The translations under genes and the position numbers were made by a program. DNA of 64,000 bases, taken from Eledone cirrhosa. Its lineage: Eukaryota. The notes below the pieces were generated by a model. The model was not told where the DNA came from. It saw only the letters and a list, made by a program, of their open reading frames with translations, and ran no database searches. Shown here piece after piece: positions 1 through 15,732 of the stretch; the stretch's first letter is position 1; each line of letters opens with the position of its first letter. Location: assembly GCA_964016885.1 (NCBI GenBank), contig OZ024758.1:12152001-12216000 (forward strand), written 5' to 3'.

Positions 1-171
1 ATAGACGGTGGGTAGGGAAGACGTAAGTATATTTTCTTACTTTGATGATTTGTAATATAGTTTACATAGATCAATAATAGAATGGACATACGGAGAACTA
101 CCCCCCAGAAACGTTCGTAAAATAATGAGTTTTACTATGAATTACCCGTATTTTGTTTAATTTCATTGTTT

Positions 172-2674
<2,503 letters not shown>

Positions 2675-2863
2675 TAGGGAAGACGTGGTTTTGTCTTTGC
2701 GTGTAATTGTTTTTCACCGCTCCAAATAATGACGTATTATCTTCGTTTTTTCCCGTTCTTTGCCAGGGAACGTTACCACGAACCAAAGTATCGTCTTCCT
2801 GTCTTCCTGCGGTTGCAACGTTTTTTGAAATATTTACTTCTGCGTTCACAGATTGACTTTTTT

Positions 2864-2914
2864 AGTTTCAGAAGATCCCATTAAGGGTGAAAGCACCGAT
2901 TCTTTGCTTAAACT
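2864..2914 (+). ncRNA. Hammerhead variant (U4A)
   Basis: agttt-CAGAAGA-tccc[attaa]gggt-GAAA-gca..tgc-TT-aaact. Confidence 0.6.
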
Positions 2915-3061
2915 TTAATCTGTTATTTTAATAAATATTTGCTCTACGGTTCTTATATATTTGATATATATTTATCCTTATCGAGCCCTCTTTAGATTTT
3001 AGTCTTCAAATTTATTATTATTACTATATATATATATATATTTATATATATGTGTGTGTGG

Positions 3062-3098
<37 letters not shown>

Positions 3099-3294
3099 TA
3101 TGTGTGTGTGTGTGATGTTTCTATGTGTGTTTGTAGGCGTGTATATGATGTTTATATATATGTTTGTGTGTGTATGATGTTTTTTATATGTGTGTGATGT
3201 TTCTATGCGTATTTGTGCCTATGTATGTGTGTGTATATATGATATTTTTATCCATGTATATATGATATTCGTGTGTCTGTATGTGTATGTATTT

Positions 3295-3620
3295 AGTAAA
3301 ATTGGTCTATGAGTTGCCTGAAGCAAATGTCTAAATGAAGTTATAGAAAATGTCATTTTTATTCTGAAATGGTTTCAAGCAAGAAGACTTCTTCGGTCGA
3401 TACGTTGATGACATTGACAATCATTTCATTGAATAGGTGCAAAGATCTTCGCATCAATATTTAATTTAGTTTAGGAAAATGTGGCAAATTAATTTTATTT
3501 GTGACAAGAAAAATGCAGAGAAAAAAATACATCGCACACTGATAAAAACCTTATAGAAATAGTAACATTATAGAAATAATAAATAAACCTAGTTCTATAT
3601 TACGAAGCTGACAAAATGGC
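3295..3620 (+). pseudogene. Degenerate Penelope-type RT fragment
   Basis: ttc ttc ggt cga tac gtt gat gac att = FFGRYVDDI, preceded by ANV*M. Confidence 0.5.
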
Positions 3621-3947
3621 GATACGAAGCATTCAGCTATAAATGACGACAAACAGGAAAGGTTGTGATAGTCTGTTGTTGTTAGTTCATAAAGCTGCTA
3701 TTTCAATATCCCGAGAAATAATTACAATGTGAATATCCCGTTATTTTGTTACGTAAATTTACTATATTTTCTGTTTAATTTAAGAGACAAAAAATTGCAT
3801 GGCAAATACAAGGATATGTCGAATGTAATATATATTCTTCTCTTCTCCTACTTCTGACCACTGCTTCCTCCTTAATCATGTGTTCTAATTAATGTCGCGA
3901 ACATTTCAACTGTACAACATTGGCTGCCTTAATGCTACCCCCAATTA

Positions 3948-3996
<49 letters not shown>

Positions 3997-3999
<3 letters not shown>

Positions 4000-4186
4000 C
4001 GAGTAGGACCCCTACGGCTGAGCTCAAGCGGTTTCGACGGCTAATTCTGGACTGAATTAGCCGTCGAAATGGCTTGAGCTCAGCCGTCGGGGTCCACTCG
4101 TTCCTATTACCCACTCTACTACCCTAAGTATTGAGTACTTTGGTGCGTTATGGTCCACCTGGTTCCTTACCACATTTCCTTCGTTA
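3997..4186. mobile_element. Fold-back insertion, family A
   Basis: Inverted arms pivot at about 4053; flanked by (TA)n. Confidence 0.85.
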
Positions 4187-4754
4187 TATATATATATATA
4201 TATATATATTATTTATTATTTATATATATGATTTTATACTATTTATTATATATATATATCATTTTATCCTATATATTATATATATATATATTGAAGGCAA
4301 ATATAATAAGTACTTTGTAACGCGAACTGGCGCGAAATTTATTATACTTATTCACATGACAGTCATCAACCAAACAAATTACTTCTCTAAAAACCTAGCA
4401 TTTCGAACCACTTTTCTCCATATAAAACAGAAGTAACATTCGAACACCAGCCAGATGTGAGAAAATCCACAAACACTCCATCTCAATTCTACTTTTGAAA
4501 AGCACAAGAACTGCGAAACCGGTAAAGGAACCAAATAAATATTTTTTTTTTTAAAGACTCCAGTTGAATTTTCGATTTCATCTTTTTTCCTTATACTTTC
4601 ATATATATTTAAGGATATTTAAATAAATTTAAGGTAAAAGACTAATTGTCAACAATATCTTTTGCATTTACATTTATATTCTATATCCATACCTGCATTG
4701 TCTTCGCCTTACAACTACAAACGTTTATATCTATATATATATATATATATATAT

Positions 4755-5190
4755 GGGGCGGGTAAAATTCCCGAGATCCATGGACGAGTTCTCTCCAGCG
4801 GTCTCTGTCCTTCATCATCGCCGCCATGTCCCGCGTCTCCTAGAGACCAGTGTCTGACCTTAGGGCATCAATATATATCATCCTCTGTCCCCCTCTTCCA
4901 GTGTGTCCGTGTAGTGGCTCCTACAGGACGAATTAGTCCTACGTCAACTCTGAATGTTGGTGAGCATATCCAGCTTTCGAGCTGATTTTTGGGAGATTCC
5001 CGTAAAGCTCTGAGTTCTTCGTCCTCAGTGTATACTGATACATGTTCAGAGTCATTCTCAGCATCCTTGTGTAGCACCCATATAACATCTGAGTGAATCT
5101 CTTGGTCAGTGTCCACATCTCATACCCTTACAGTAGCACAAATTCCACTCCACTATACCGATGTAAAGACAGATTTCATTCCAGTATGTT
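4755..5190 (-). mobile_element. RTE-clade LINE 3' fragment
   Basis: WTLTKRFTQMLYGCYTRMLRM...YIDALRSDTGL..MAAMMKDRDRWRELVH; 3' end abuts (TA)n. Confidence 0.85.
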
Positions 5191-5768
5191 CTGAATGAGT
5201 GTCACTGATGAAAATTAATAAATTTTGAAACAGCACTATCTGACATTCTCAGATCTCTTAATAACCGCTACCAAGCTCTGAGTCAGTCTTTTTTTGTGTG
5301 TATTATTATCAAATGTTTCTTGTTTAGCTGCAGTTTTTAACATAAATGAATCTGTTTCTTTTCAAACATTTCACGAATGCTATATTTCAGTTATTTGTTC
5401 TTTTCAATTTTCGACTGTTAGTACAATTATTATCGTTGATGACCTTTCGGTGTTAATAATTAACGTGACTGCAAGGTAAATATAGAGACAGTATGTTAAA
5501 AGTCTGTTGTGACATATGGTGTCAAATCAATTGCACAGAGATGTGTTTTGGAAGACATTTTTCATGTATGTATGTATGTGTGTCTATGTATGTGTGTATA
5601 TATATGTATGTCTGTATATATGTATGTCTGTATATATGTGTCTATGTGTGTGTATGTATATATGTATGTATATTTGTATGATTGTATGTATGTCAGTATG
5701 TATATATCTATGTATGTTTCTATTTTGCGGGATAGTTATGACATTAAAATCGCTCGCGCGCACACACA

Positions 5769-5810
<42 letters not shown>

Positions 5811-6086
5811 GCTTGTTGCTGACACTTCAATTATGAATAATCTCAAGTCTTTGAAACTTCAATTTCCTGGTTTTAAAGTGATTTTGACATTGTGGCAGGT
5901 GTATCTAAATGTTATAGATATATACGACGGGGCGTTGATGACGTGCTGACTTGATCACTGCAAAAGACGCCTGATTGGAGGCCTAACCTTCCGAGTTCTT
6001 TTTACCTTAGTAAAAACCTGAAGGACCGCTGCAATAAGTGTGTGAAATGTGTTTACATTGTTCATGTTAGTGATTTGTCAAAGTCA

Positions 6087-6315
6087 TTAACCCTTTATCA
6101 TTTAAACCACCCATTTCCGGCCAGAATTCTCTCCCCTCTTTCTGTTCAAACCAGCCATGGCCAGCCCTTTATACTTATGTTAAGGTATTCTTCTCAAAAT
6201 AAATAATATCAAAATCTCATAGATTCGATATTATGTGAGATAATTATGTGAGATAAAGTGTTTACAGTTAAAATACAATAGTAAATATAGAGTAATGTAA
6301 AAGCTAAAGGGTTAA
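6087..6315. mobile_element. piggyBac-like MITE
   Basis: TTAA-cccttta ... taaaggg-TTAA. Confidence 0.7.
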
Positions 6316-7048
6316 TGTTTTATAAGTATTTCAGAAAGCTGGTAAATTACAAGAGTAAAAGGATGACAAATAAAACAAAACAAAGTAAAGGTTTTTTTTA
6401 CTCTGAAATATTATGTTGAGAACATAATATTTCAGGGATTTAACCCTCTTTTCAAATGCAAAACAAAATGATAGAAAACCATAGCAAACGAAATATTCTT
6501 CCTTAACCTTTCCAAAGCTCTAAGTACTTTGTCAATTCTCAACTCTCTTCCTTGATAGAATAACAACAACAAAATTAACACAACAAATGATAACAACCTT
6601 AGTAAAACATATAAATAACAAGTGTCACAAGAACAATAATGATATAAGTTCATACAGTAACTAATGTTCAAGAAACAAAGAGCATGTACAACATAAGTAA
6701 TAAATTAGATCACACATGTACACGACTGGCAATTTTTTATTCGAACCACAAAGAATAAAAATTGTATATATTGACAGATTTTCAACTTATATCACAAAGT
6801 GGCATAGATATTTACTACAAGAGATTGTTTCGGTTGAATTCTCAAAGAGTAATATTGATTTCTAAAATATTCTCAAGTCGACATATTTGGACAGAGGGTA
6901 CAATCGATTTGTACTAAGACTCCAAAACTGTTTTCGTTTTATTTATTCCCAGAAATGTTTATATAAAGCAATAAAGAAATGAAGAATAGAAGAAAAAGAA
7001 TAGAAATAAAAGGAAAGAAGAAATTAACGAAGGAAGGAAAAAGGAATG

Positions 7049-7091
<43 letters not shown>

Positions 7092-7261
7092 CTCTACACC
7101 CCAGTCTGAGACAAACTAAACTCTCAGCTGTGTCCTGCGGACAATATGGCGGAAAGATTGCCACGGGAAACAGCCAGCAACACCGGCTTTGTTGTGATTT
7201 TAATTTTAACAGAAGAGTGAAATACCTAAGGACATTTTCAAGGAGTTCGGTATCTTAATGT

Positions 7262-7450
7262 ATAATTGTTTCTATTTTTGGCACAAGGCTAGCAATTATC
7301 CCAGTGTATTACTGGTACTTTATTTTATCGACCCTGTAACGATGTAAGGCAAAGTTAACATCGGCGGGATTTGAACTCAAACCATAAAGGGCCGTAACTC
7401 TTTGCTGCAAAGAATGGCGTTTGACCCTCTACCGATACTGCCAATCCACA
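7262..7450 (-). mobile_element. SINE copy
   Basis: Same family as 29332. Confidence 0.85.
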
Positions 7451-7597
7451 ATATTGGTAATAATGCTGATTTCTTAAATTAGCTTATGATCAGATATTTG
7501 CTGGGGTGGCAACAACCTTAATAACCTTAATCACATCCTTGAAACATATGTTTACTTAACTACGGCCATGGTGGGGCATCAGCTTCAAACATTCAGT

Positions 7598-7639
<42 letters not shown>

Positions 7640-7646
<7 letters not shown>

Positions 7647-8400
7647 ACAGTAGGCTGGACTGGTGAAAATCCTTGAAAGGTTTATTATACTATGATCATT
7701 TCAATGACCGGCTGACTCATGGTGCGGAGGGGGGGGCTGGGACTCCCAATCGAAATCTTTACCCTATATCCCATCCTAATATCTTATCGAGATAATTTTT
7801 TTCATATAAGACTCTCTCCGTAAGTTCATTAAATAAATAAATCTCGCTACCTTAATCTTTAATTCTTCAATAACTTATTTTTCAATTTATCATTTTGCAA
7901 TTTAATATTTTTAATTTAAATTAATTTCATTCTATAACTCGCAACATAAGTTTAACGTTCCAATCTTCGGTTCACACATTAGACCATACTGACACCCATT
8001 ATAGATTCTTTGAGTAGCATTTTTTCGCGGCATTTTCTAGCATGAATGTAGTATGACCCTTACACTGACTTCTTTCTCCCTTTCTTTCTTTCTTTCTTCC
8101 CCTTTTTCTTTGACGGAGTGGTGGTAGTGCATTATAAGCCTTCGCCTCCTCACCAGATATTCATTATTAGATTCAGTTGCCACCACTTTGAGGGCGGCTG
8201 GCCAAGCAGCTAGTTGGTCAGTCGTCCTCTTTGTCTCTGTCTCTGATTTTTCGGACCCATGGTTTTTTACATATTCCTTTGTTATATTCCAAAACCTGAT
8301 GATATCACCGGATTCATATGGAACGCGGTCATTGAAATGATCATAGTATAATAAACCTTTCAAGGATTTACACCAGTACAGCCTCCTGTTATTTTATTTT
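7640..8400. mobile_element. Element with inverted ends and hammerhead (PLE-derived, inferred)
   Basis: 7640-7711 is the imperfect reverse complement of 8326-8398. Confidence 0.7.
8281..8351 (+). ncRNA. Hammerhead motif in fold-back element 7640-8400
   Basis: CTGATGA 8296-8302, accg/cggt stem II, GAAA-tgatca-TA; stem I interrupted. Confidence 0.55.
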
Positions 8401-8664
8401 ATTTATAATTAACTCCGTATTCGCACCACCAACTACACAAACGAAGATGGGTGAACTGCACTGCGTTGATTACTCTTCACAATATTACACCAGGATTAAA
8501 CCATACGGAATGACCAGTTCTATCCAGTGGTGAACCAACAAACCTAAAGATATATATCGAAATGAATACTAATTATATTGAGATTGTTAAGAATGGTAGA
8601 ACCTTGGAGTTTGGTGTCTTTTACATCTTACTCCAATCTGATTAAGAAACAATATCAGATTGTA

Positions 8665-8707
<43 letters not shown>

Positions 8708-8764
8708 GTTGATTTAAAACTGCACTATCCACAAGTGTTTTTTAGCCTTCATATCATGTTCTCC

Positions 8765-8835
8765 TGTTTTATCTGATGAAAACACAAATATTATTGCATG
8801 ATGATGTTTGTTTTTGAAATGCGCATAATAAAATA
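8765..8835 (+). ncRNA. Type I hammerhead ribozyme
   Basis: tgttttat-CTGATGA-stem II-GAAA-tgcgca-TA-ataaaata. Confidence 0.75.
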
Positions 8836-8865
8836 CATTGAACTCCTTTAACCATCTTTTGATCT

Positions 8866-8922
<57 letters not shown>

Positions 8923-9124
8923 TATATAGTGAAAAGGTGAAGAATAACATGGTCAACAGTACAAAAAGGGTTTTATTTACAGTATTAACTATTGTTTCAT
9001 TGATTAATACTGAGTATTCACAACCTCTAACTGGATTACCTATAACGATAATTTGTTATCCCATATATATATATACTTAGCTGTTATACATTTATAAAAC
9101 AAACAAACATTTGGTAGCACTTAC

Positions 9125-9162
9125 CTGACAAATACATCCCAGGCAATCTTGTGCAATTGGAC
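9125..9162 (-). CDS. Second coding exon (G)PIAQDCLGCICQ, putative invertebrate-type lysozyme/destabilase N-terminus
   Basis: Acceptor ctttttatttag, 38-nt exon in phase with the upstream exon, donor GTAAGT. CLxCICQ is the i-type lysozyme N-terminal motif. Later exons were not found in the window. Confidence 0.65.
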
Positions 9163-9192
9163 CTAAATAAAAAGTATTATATATACATTTAC

Positions 9193-9273
<81 letters not shown>

Positions 9274-9284
9274 ACCAAAGATTA

Positions 9285-9345
9285 ATTTTGTCTGGTGAAA
9301 ACGTACTTAAACACCATTGTACCTTTGAAATATGTATAATAAAAT
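9285..9345 (+). ncRNA. Degenerate hammerhead (family H-like) in an intron
   Basis: attttgt-CTGGTGA-...-GAAA-tatgta-TA-ataaaat. Confidence 0.5.
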
Positions 9346-9391
9346 ATATATTGGGATTATGAGGATAGCTTTCATTTATTAACATTTTGAA

Positions 9392-9422
<31 letters not shown>

Positions 9423-9614
9423 GGAATAGAATGAAACGAAATTTCATTTCTCACTCTTAGTACGGCACTTACTTAAATGTAAGTATGTATGCATACGTAC
9501 ATACATATATGTATACAGACGTACAGTAGTATGTGTGCATGTGTGTATATATATACATACTACTGTACGTCTGTATACATATTTGTATGTACGTATACAT
9601 GCATACATACTTAC

Positions 9615-9668
<54 letters not shown>

Positions 9669-9858
9669 AATAGAATGAAACGAAATTTCATTTCTCACTC
9701 TTAGTACGGCACTTACTTAAATGTAAGTATGTATGCATACGTACATACATATATGTATACAGACGTACAGTAGTATGTGTGCATGTGTGTATATATATAC
9801 ATACTACTGTACGTCTGTATACATATATGTATGTACGTATACATGCATACATACTTAC

Positions 9859-9863
<5 letters not shown>
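9423..9863. repeat. Tandem duplication (about 244-bp period) of a hairpin-containing unit
   Basis: Units start at 9423 and 9667, each with about 60-bp internal inverted arms. Confidence 0.9.
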
Positions 9864-9889
<26 letters not shown>

Positions 9890-10018
9890 GCTCATCTCAT
9901 TCTTAATTGCATATAAACCCATTATATTCACTTGTATCTAAGAATCATTACATTACATGAATAAACTAAAAACATGTCAATGAATACCAGTATAGAAATA
10001 TGTGACACATTTGCTTAC

Positions 10019-10100
10019 CTCCAGCAAATTTATGTTTGATTGTTAACGAAGTAACGAAGAGAGCGGCCAATACAATCAGTTTCTGCAGCATTTTTTTTAG
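10019..10100 (-). CDS. First coding exon (ATG at 10091) of a secreted protein, signal peptide MLQKLIVLAALFVTSLTIKHKFAG; putative i-type lysozyme
   Basis: Minus strand: acceptor tttctttccag, then ctaaaaaaaATG, 24 codons with a hydrophobic core plus 1 nt, then donor GTAAGC (phase 1). Confidence 0.65.
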
Positions 10101-11280
10101 CTGGAAAGAAAACAGGCTATTATTTGTTATATAATTAAAACAGTAATGTATGGGTTATGTAATATATGTTTTATATACGATATATATATTGTCTTCATAG
10201 ACATAAGAACAAAGGGGGTAAATGAACTGGGAGTTAAAAAATAAAATGAAAGAAGAAAGGTTCAAACAGGACGCAGGCAGCAAAAATGATGTTTATAAGA
10301 AATATTATGCAGACCTGCCAAACTCTAAAAACGCAAACGAGGAGTGTCATGAAAAAAGGTGTCCCAAAATGGGGAGAAATGAGGAAAAATGGGGAGATTT
10401 TACATAATGAAAGTTTCACAAGAGCAGACATTTCTAACCCACCCCAATGTGGGTGGAAGATCTCGACGTCGGGCGAGGAGAACTGGCAGCTCAGTATTAG
10501 GTTTGAAAGTTCGTATGTGTAGGTACAATGAAATTTTGCTTGGGGTCTTATTTGTGTTTTCTTATTCTGGTTGCAATAATAGACATGGCATAATATTCCG
10601 ATATCAAAAATATAATTAATTTTTTTTTTAATTAGATAAAATAATCAAATGTGTTTGAATATGTTGAATTCGTAAAACAGAAAATTACAAGAGACTGTAG
10701 AAAAGTGGCCATATTTATTTAATAATAGGCTATCAAACAATGTATTTAGTTGTTACTGAACAATATAAAATTATTCTCTTATCAGGGCAGCTGATCAGAC
10801 GAAATGTTTTGTTTGGCTAATATAAAAGTATTCATTATGTAATAAAACAACATAATAAATAATTTATATATTCAGATATACCTTTGTAACTAATAGAACT
10901 TTCTTATTCATTAATCATGGCTTACACACTAAAATAACACTTTAATTCAAATAACATCTGACATCAAGCAATACTTTAGACTGTTCTTTTTATATTTATT
11001 TTATATGTTGAAAATAAATTTTCTAATCTCTGACAGAAATCTAATTTATCCAGGGACATTAAAAATAAATTTGAATAGATTTAGGAAAGTGTACAAACTT
11101 GATATTCACGATATATACACGTATATATATATATATGTGTGGGGGGGCGTGCGTGTGTGTGTGTGTGTGTGTATGTGTGTGTTTGTAAAAGGTAAACAGA
11201 AATAACATAAGTAACAAAACAAACGCCACCGTACATAGAAGAAATATATTAATTTAACACTTGTAATAGCAGGAAGAGAC

Positions 11281-11323
11281 TCTTAACGTTTCGGAACACT
11301 AGTCCTTCATCAGAATTATAAGA
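11281..11323 (-). ncRNA. Minimal hammerhead motif
   Basis: CUGAUGA-agga[cuagugu]ucc-GAAA-cg-UU-aaga; weak stem I. Confidence 0.65.
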
Positions 11324-11330
11324 TAAATAG

Positions 11331-11390
<60 letters not shown>

Positions 11391-11668
11391 TCCGACAAGG
11401 TGTTCATGTTACAAAAATATAATTATATTTTGTGGAAACAAGCAAAGTTTTTATTTTACACACATATCCCAATTCCATGTGAATTGTGATATTAATCGAT
11501 TTGTAGAGGCCTTGTTAGAAAACATGAGAAGGTTCTAATAATAAAAATTGAAATTGGAAAGTGACCATCTCTTCATATATAAAGAAAGGGCTGTTTCATA
11601 TGAGTGTGTGTCTGTGTGCTGTGGGATAGGTAGGCAAGTAAGTAAAGAGGTATAGAGGTAGATGGGTC

Positions 11669-11752
<84 letters not shown>

Positions 11753-12523
11753 TTCGTTACAAATTCAAACTAATAAGCATATAAGAATACATAATTATTT
11801 CTTATATAAAGCTTGCATTAGTCGTGTCTTATGCTAAGCTCGTATTATCCAAGGATCTTATAGTAATTGTTTGTGAAATGCCTTTAGCAAGTGAAGGTGA
11901 TGGAATATTCGCGTGCCATAATAGATTTTCTCACTGTAGACAATGATGTCTTCATTAATGAATAGCACGGGAAAGATATACCATTATATGGCTGTGACAG
12001 AGAACTTTCTTCTTTAAAATGCTATTGTGTTATAACAATATAAACGGCAAGGTAATTATAAAAAGATAATTGTAATAAGCAATAGAGCATGTGCCATTTA
12101 TATAAGTTGATTCCGATATTCGTGCAACATTTGTGCCGGGTTGGAACTCTATACATTTATAATAAATTCAATTTCCCCAATTACAATAAGTGTTAAATAT
12201 TTTTCTTTTCAAATGTGCATTTGACATAACTTCATATTAAGAAATAACAAGACAACCATACAATACTGTTGACCTCTCCTCACCAAATAAACATTTATGT
12301 CAAAGAGGTATTCTTCATTAAACTATTGGAGCAAATAAAAGTGTAGTTATCATTTGTTTCTTAAATTTCTATTGATGGAATCAATCCCATGGCACATCAT
12401 ATATACTTTGAAATGATGATGCCAATTTTATAAATATTGATATAGCAAATAGTTACATTTTTTATCTTATTTATAATAGATTAGTAAGTATGTTTTGAAA
12501 CAGCGAGCGAGTTTGAAATTAGA

Positions 12524-12733
12524 AATAGAAGCTTTCGCCGTATTTTTTTTACTAAAGAAATTTTAGCCTGATAGTTTGGTTTAGAACCCTCTGAGAAATG
12601 GAAAAAGATGAGTTTTGACGTACATGGGAGTTGAACCTACATTTGTTGTTATCCAGACCACTGTGCTAGCATTAAAACAACACACTATCAGGCTAAAATT
12701 TCTTTAGTCAAAAATACGGCGAAAGCTTCTATT
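12524..12733. mobile_element. Inverted-repeat element (about 50-bp arms) with tRNA-like centre
   Basis: Arms 12524-12575 and 12684-12733; minus-strand B-box-like ggttcaactccc. Confidence 0.7.
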
Positions 12734-12896
12734 CATAATAGATTAGTTTTGGAAAATATCAATTTGTTCTGCATGTATAACTCTCTTCTATATCCTTTAC
12801 ACCTTCAGACATATTTGCCAGTCAACTATATTTTATGTTATACACCTCTTTATAAATGGTTATATTCTTAGAACTAGAATCTTCTAGATTCTGAGT

Positions 12897-13095
12897 TACG
12901 AGGGGGTGCTGAAAAATAAGTTCCTGGCTTTAATGGTATTGCGAAAGGTTAGAGCTATTACCTTTATATGGGAGATAGAACTGTTGTAAAACGTATGTCA
13001 ATCTGAAAGGCAAATATGTTGAATAAAATCATAATTTACTGATTCTCCTGTATTTTTTTTTACCCAAAGACAGGAACTTTCCAGCCCCTCTCATA
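12897..13095 (+). mobile_element. mariner-derived MITE
   Basis: TIR tacgagggggtgctgaaaa..gttcctg / caggaactttccagcccctctcata; internal transposase C-terminal remnant (..LKGKYVE*). Confidence 0.7.
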
Positions 13096-13945
13096 TATTC
13101 TTACTTTACATTGTTAATTCTTAATTATACATCCTTCTCTGAGTTCTTTATAAATACTTTCTAAGTGACCGCTTGACATGCTAAACATGGTAGCTAAATC
13201 TTCCTCAAACCAACTATTACTGTCCTAAAAATGCAATGAGTTATATGTATCCAAGTTAACGTAGCCATGGAGATATTTTTCCTTTATGAAAGATGTATGG
13301 AATGTATTTCAGTCAGTGCTGACAAAGAACTAAAAAACAATAACAACTAAAACATTTAATGTGTAATATTTGGGGAGTCTATGGTCATTTTTTATGGCCA
13401 TCCAGCCACACAATGTAAAGAATAAAGACAGTTATAATTAGAAGACAACATAATTTCCAGCAGAAGATAGACTAACGTTGCTATTTACGGCATGGGTCTA
13501 TAAACCTAAATCAATGCTCACTAATCACATGGACAACTTAAAAATGCTAGCAGTAAGTGAACCAGAGAAAGTTCTGGAGGAGGTTAACCACACAATATTC
13601 ATATAATTAACTCCAACTTTATTTTGTCGATACTAATGCCAAGACCACTCTGAATGCATTAGTTAAAAATAAAACTAGTGTCTCACATCGTCTGGTGTAA
13701 GTATAATTACTAAGAGTAGGCTGTAGAACAAATACAGATATTGTTACCCCTGAAGGTGGATTTGTAACATATTGTCTATAGACATGTATTATGATAAACG
13801 CTTAATTATTTTTCTTTATTAAATATATGCACAGATAACATCGATATGTTTCAGTGTTCATAAAGATGATCGGGTATCAAGATGGGTCTTTATGAAAACG
13901 AATCTGATAACAGATTATTTAGACACAACATTATCACAACATTAT

Positions 13946-14269
13946 CACAACCACACCATTGCTACCACATATCTCACAACCACACCATTGCTACCACATA
14001 CCTCACAACCACACCATTGCTATCACATACCTCACAACCACACCATTGCTACCACATACCTCACAACCACACCGTTGCTATCACATACCTCACAACCACA
14101 CCATTGCTACCACATACCTCACAACCACACCATTGCTACCACATACCTCACAACCACACCATTGCTACCACATACCTCACAACCACACCATTGCTACCAC
14201 ATACCTCACAACCACACCATTGCTACCACATACCTCACAACCACACCATTACTGCCACATACCTCACAA
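13946..14269. repeat. 29-bp minisatellite, about 11 copies
   Basis: Unit cacaaccacaccattgctaccacatacct. Confidence 0.95.
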
Positions 14270-14917
14270 ATTTTACTAGAATAACTCGTCTGTAATTATC
14301 CCGTTCAGTTTTACAAAATTTGTTCATGTCCCTCCCACCATCTTTTTAGCATCATTAAACACAATAAAACTCGAAGAAACATCAGAATAAATGTTATAAA
14401 TACCCACAGGAATAATTCTCAACATACAGATTTACAATTCACAGAAGGCAGAAAAATCATGATGTAGGCACTTGAAAATATATCTCAAGAACATTATTAC
14501 AGAATCTTCCAAAGAATGTATCCCACAGAGGTATGTAAGAAAAAATTAGTTAAACTCAAGTTACACAGCTGAAATAATCAACTTGATTAAAAACAGTAAC
14601 AATAGAAAGAACAACTTCTCAGTACAAAATACAATACCAAGAAAGTTTCTACATGGTCTTTGATGTGCTAAATGTTGTAGTCGTATTATTTTAAAAAAAG
14701 ATTGTACATTAGATAATGTAGTCATAGATAAACAGATAAATTATGTCTGAAATAATAACAGGATGGTGAAGACTTCATCACCTTTGTTCTAAGTCTGTTG
14801 AGATTTGGCATGCGGCTAAGGAAAAACAACAAATATAACACTTAACAACAAGAAACTAAACAAAAAATTGTAAATAAATTAAAATATCTACATATCTACA
14901 TATATATATATATATAT

Positions 14918-15163
14918 TGATACAAGGACGATTTGTTAAGCCTTTATTACACTTACTGATTGGTGACGCGCATTTCGCTATTGATCAGCTCAAGGTTCGA
15001 TCTGTATCGACTCTGGAATAAAAAGCTCGTCGGACCTCTGCTGTTGTAATGACAGAATATATATATAGTAATAATATAGTTATAATAAATTTGAAGACTA
15101 AATTCTGAAGAGGGCTCGATAAGGATTACACACACACACACGTGTGTGTGTGTGTCTGTGTCT

Positions 15164-15210
<47 letters not shown>

Positions 15211-15291
15211 CGTGCGTGTGCGCGTGTAATCCTTATCGAGCCCTCTTCAGAATTTAGTCTTCAAATTTATTATTACTATATTATTACTATA

Positions 15292-15322
<31 letters not shown>

Positions 15323-15469
15323 TCTGTCATCACAACAGCAGAGGTCCGACGAGCTTTTTATTCCAGAGTCGGACCAGATCGATACAGATCGAACCTTGAG
15401 CTGATCAATAGCGAAATGCGCGTCACCAATCAGTAAGCGTAATGAAGGCTTAACAAATCGTCCTTGTAT

Positions 15470-15472
<3 letters not shown>
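14918..15472. mobile_element. Fold-back insertion, family D, with a (CA)n/(TG)n centre
   Basis: Arms 14918-15129 and 15227-15472; related pieces at 2672-3027, 16350-16412, 40392-40428, 61133-61170. Confidence 0.85.
15341..15427 (+). ncRNA. Hammerhead variant (U4C) in family D; mirror copy on the minus strand at about 14960-15040
   Basis: ggt-CCGACGA-gc...gc-GAAA-tgcgc-GTC-acc. Confidence 0.6.
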
Positions 15473-15500
<28 letters not shown>

Positions 15501-15502
<2 letters not shown>

Positions 15503-15634
15503 AACGAGTAGGACCCCGACGGCTGAGCTCAAGCCGTCGGGGTCCTACTCGTTCCTATTACCCACTCTACTACCCTAAGTATTGAGTACTTTGGTGCGTT
15601 ATGGTCCACCTGGTTCCTTACCACATTTCCTTCG

Positions 15635-15637
<3 letters not shown>
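15501..15637. mobile_element. Fold-back insertion, family A
   Basis: Pivot at gagctc about 15528; (TA)n flanks. Confidence 0.85.

Positions 15638-15732
<95 letters not shown>

Noticed and set aside
30-125. Possible hammerhead TTGATGA...GAAAcgTT
   Set aside because: Stems I and II do not pair convincingly
3997-4186. Reading the fold-backs as classical MITEs
   Set aside because: Arm lengths, outer ends and pivots vary between copies, and one family is contiguous with a PLE ORF
13882-14295. His/Thr-rich ORFs
   Set aside because: Product of a 29-bp tandem repeat that is open in all three frames
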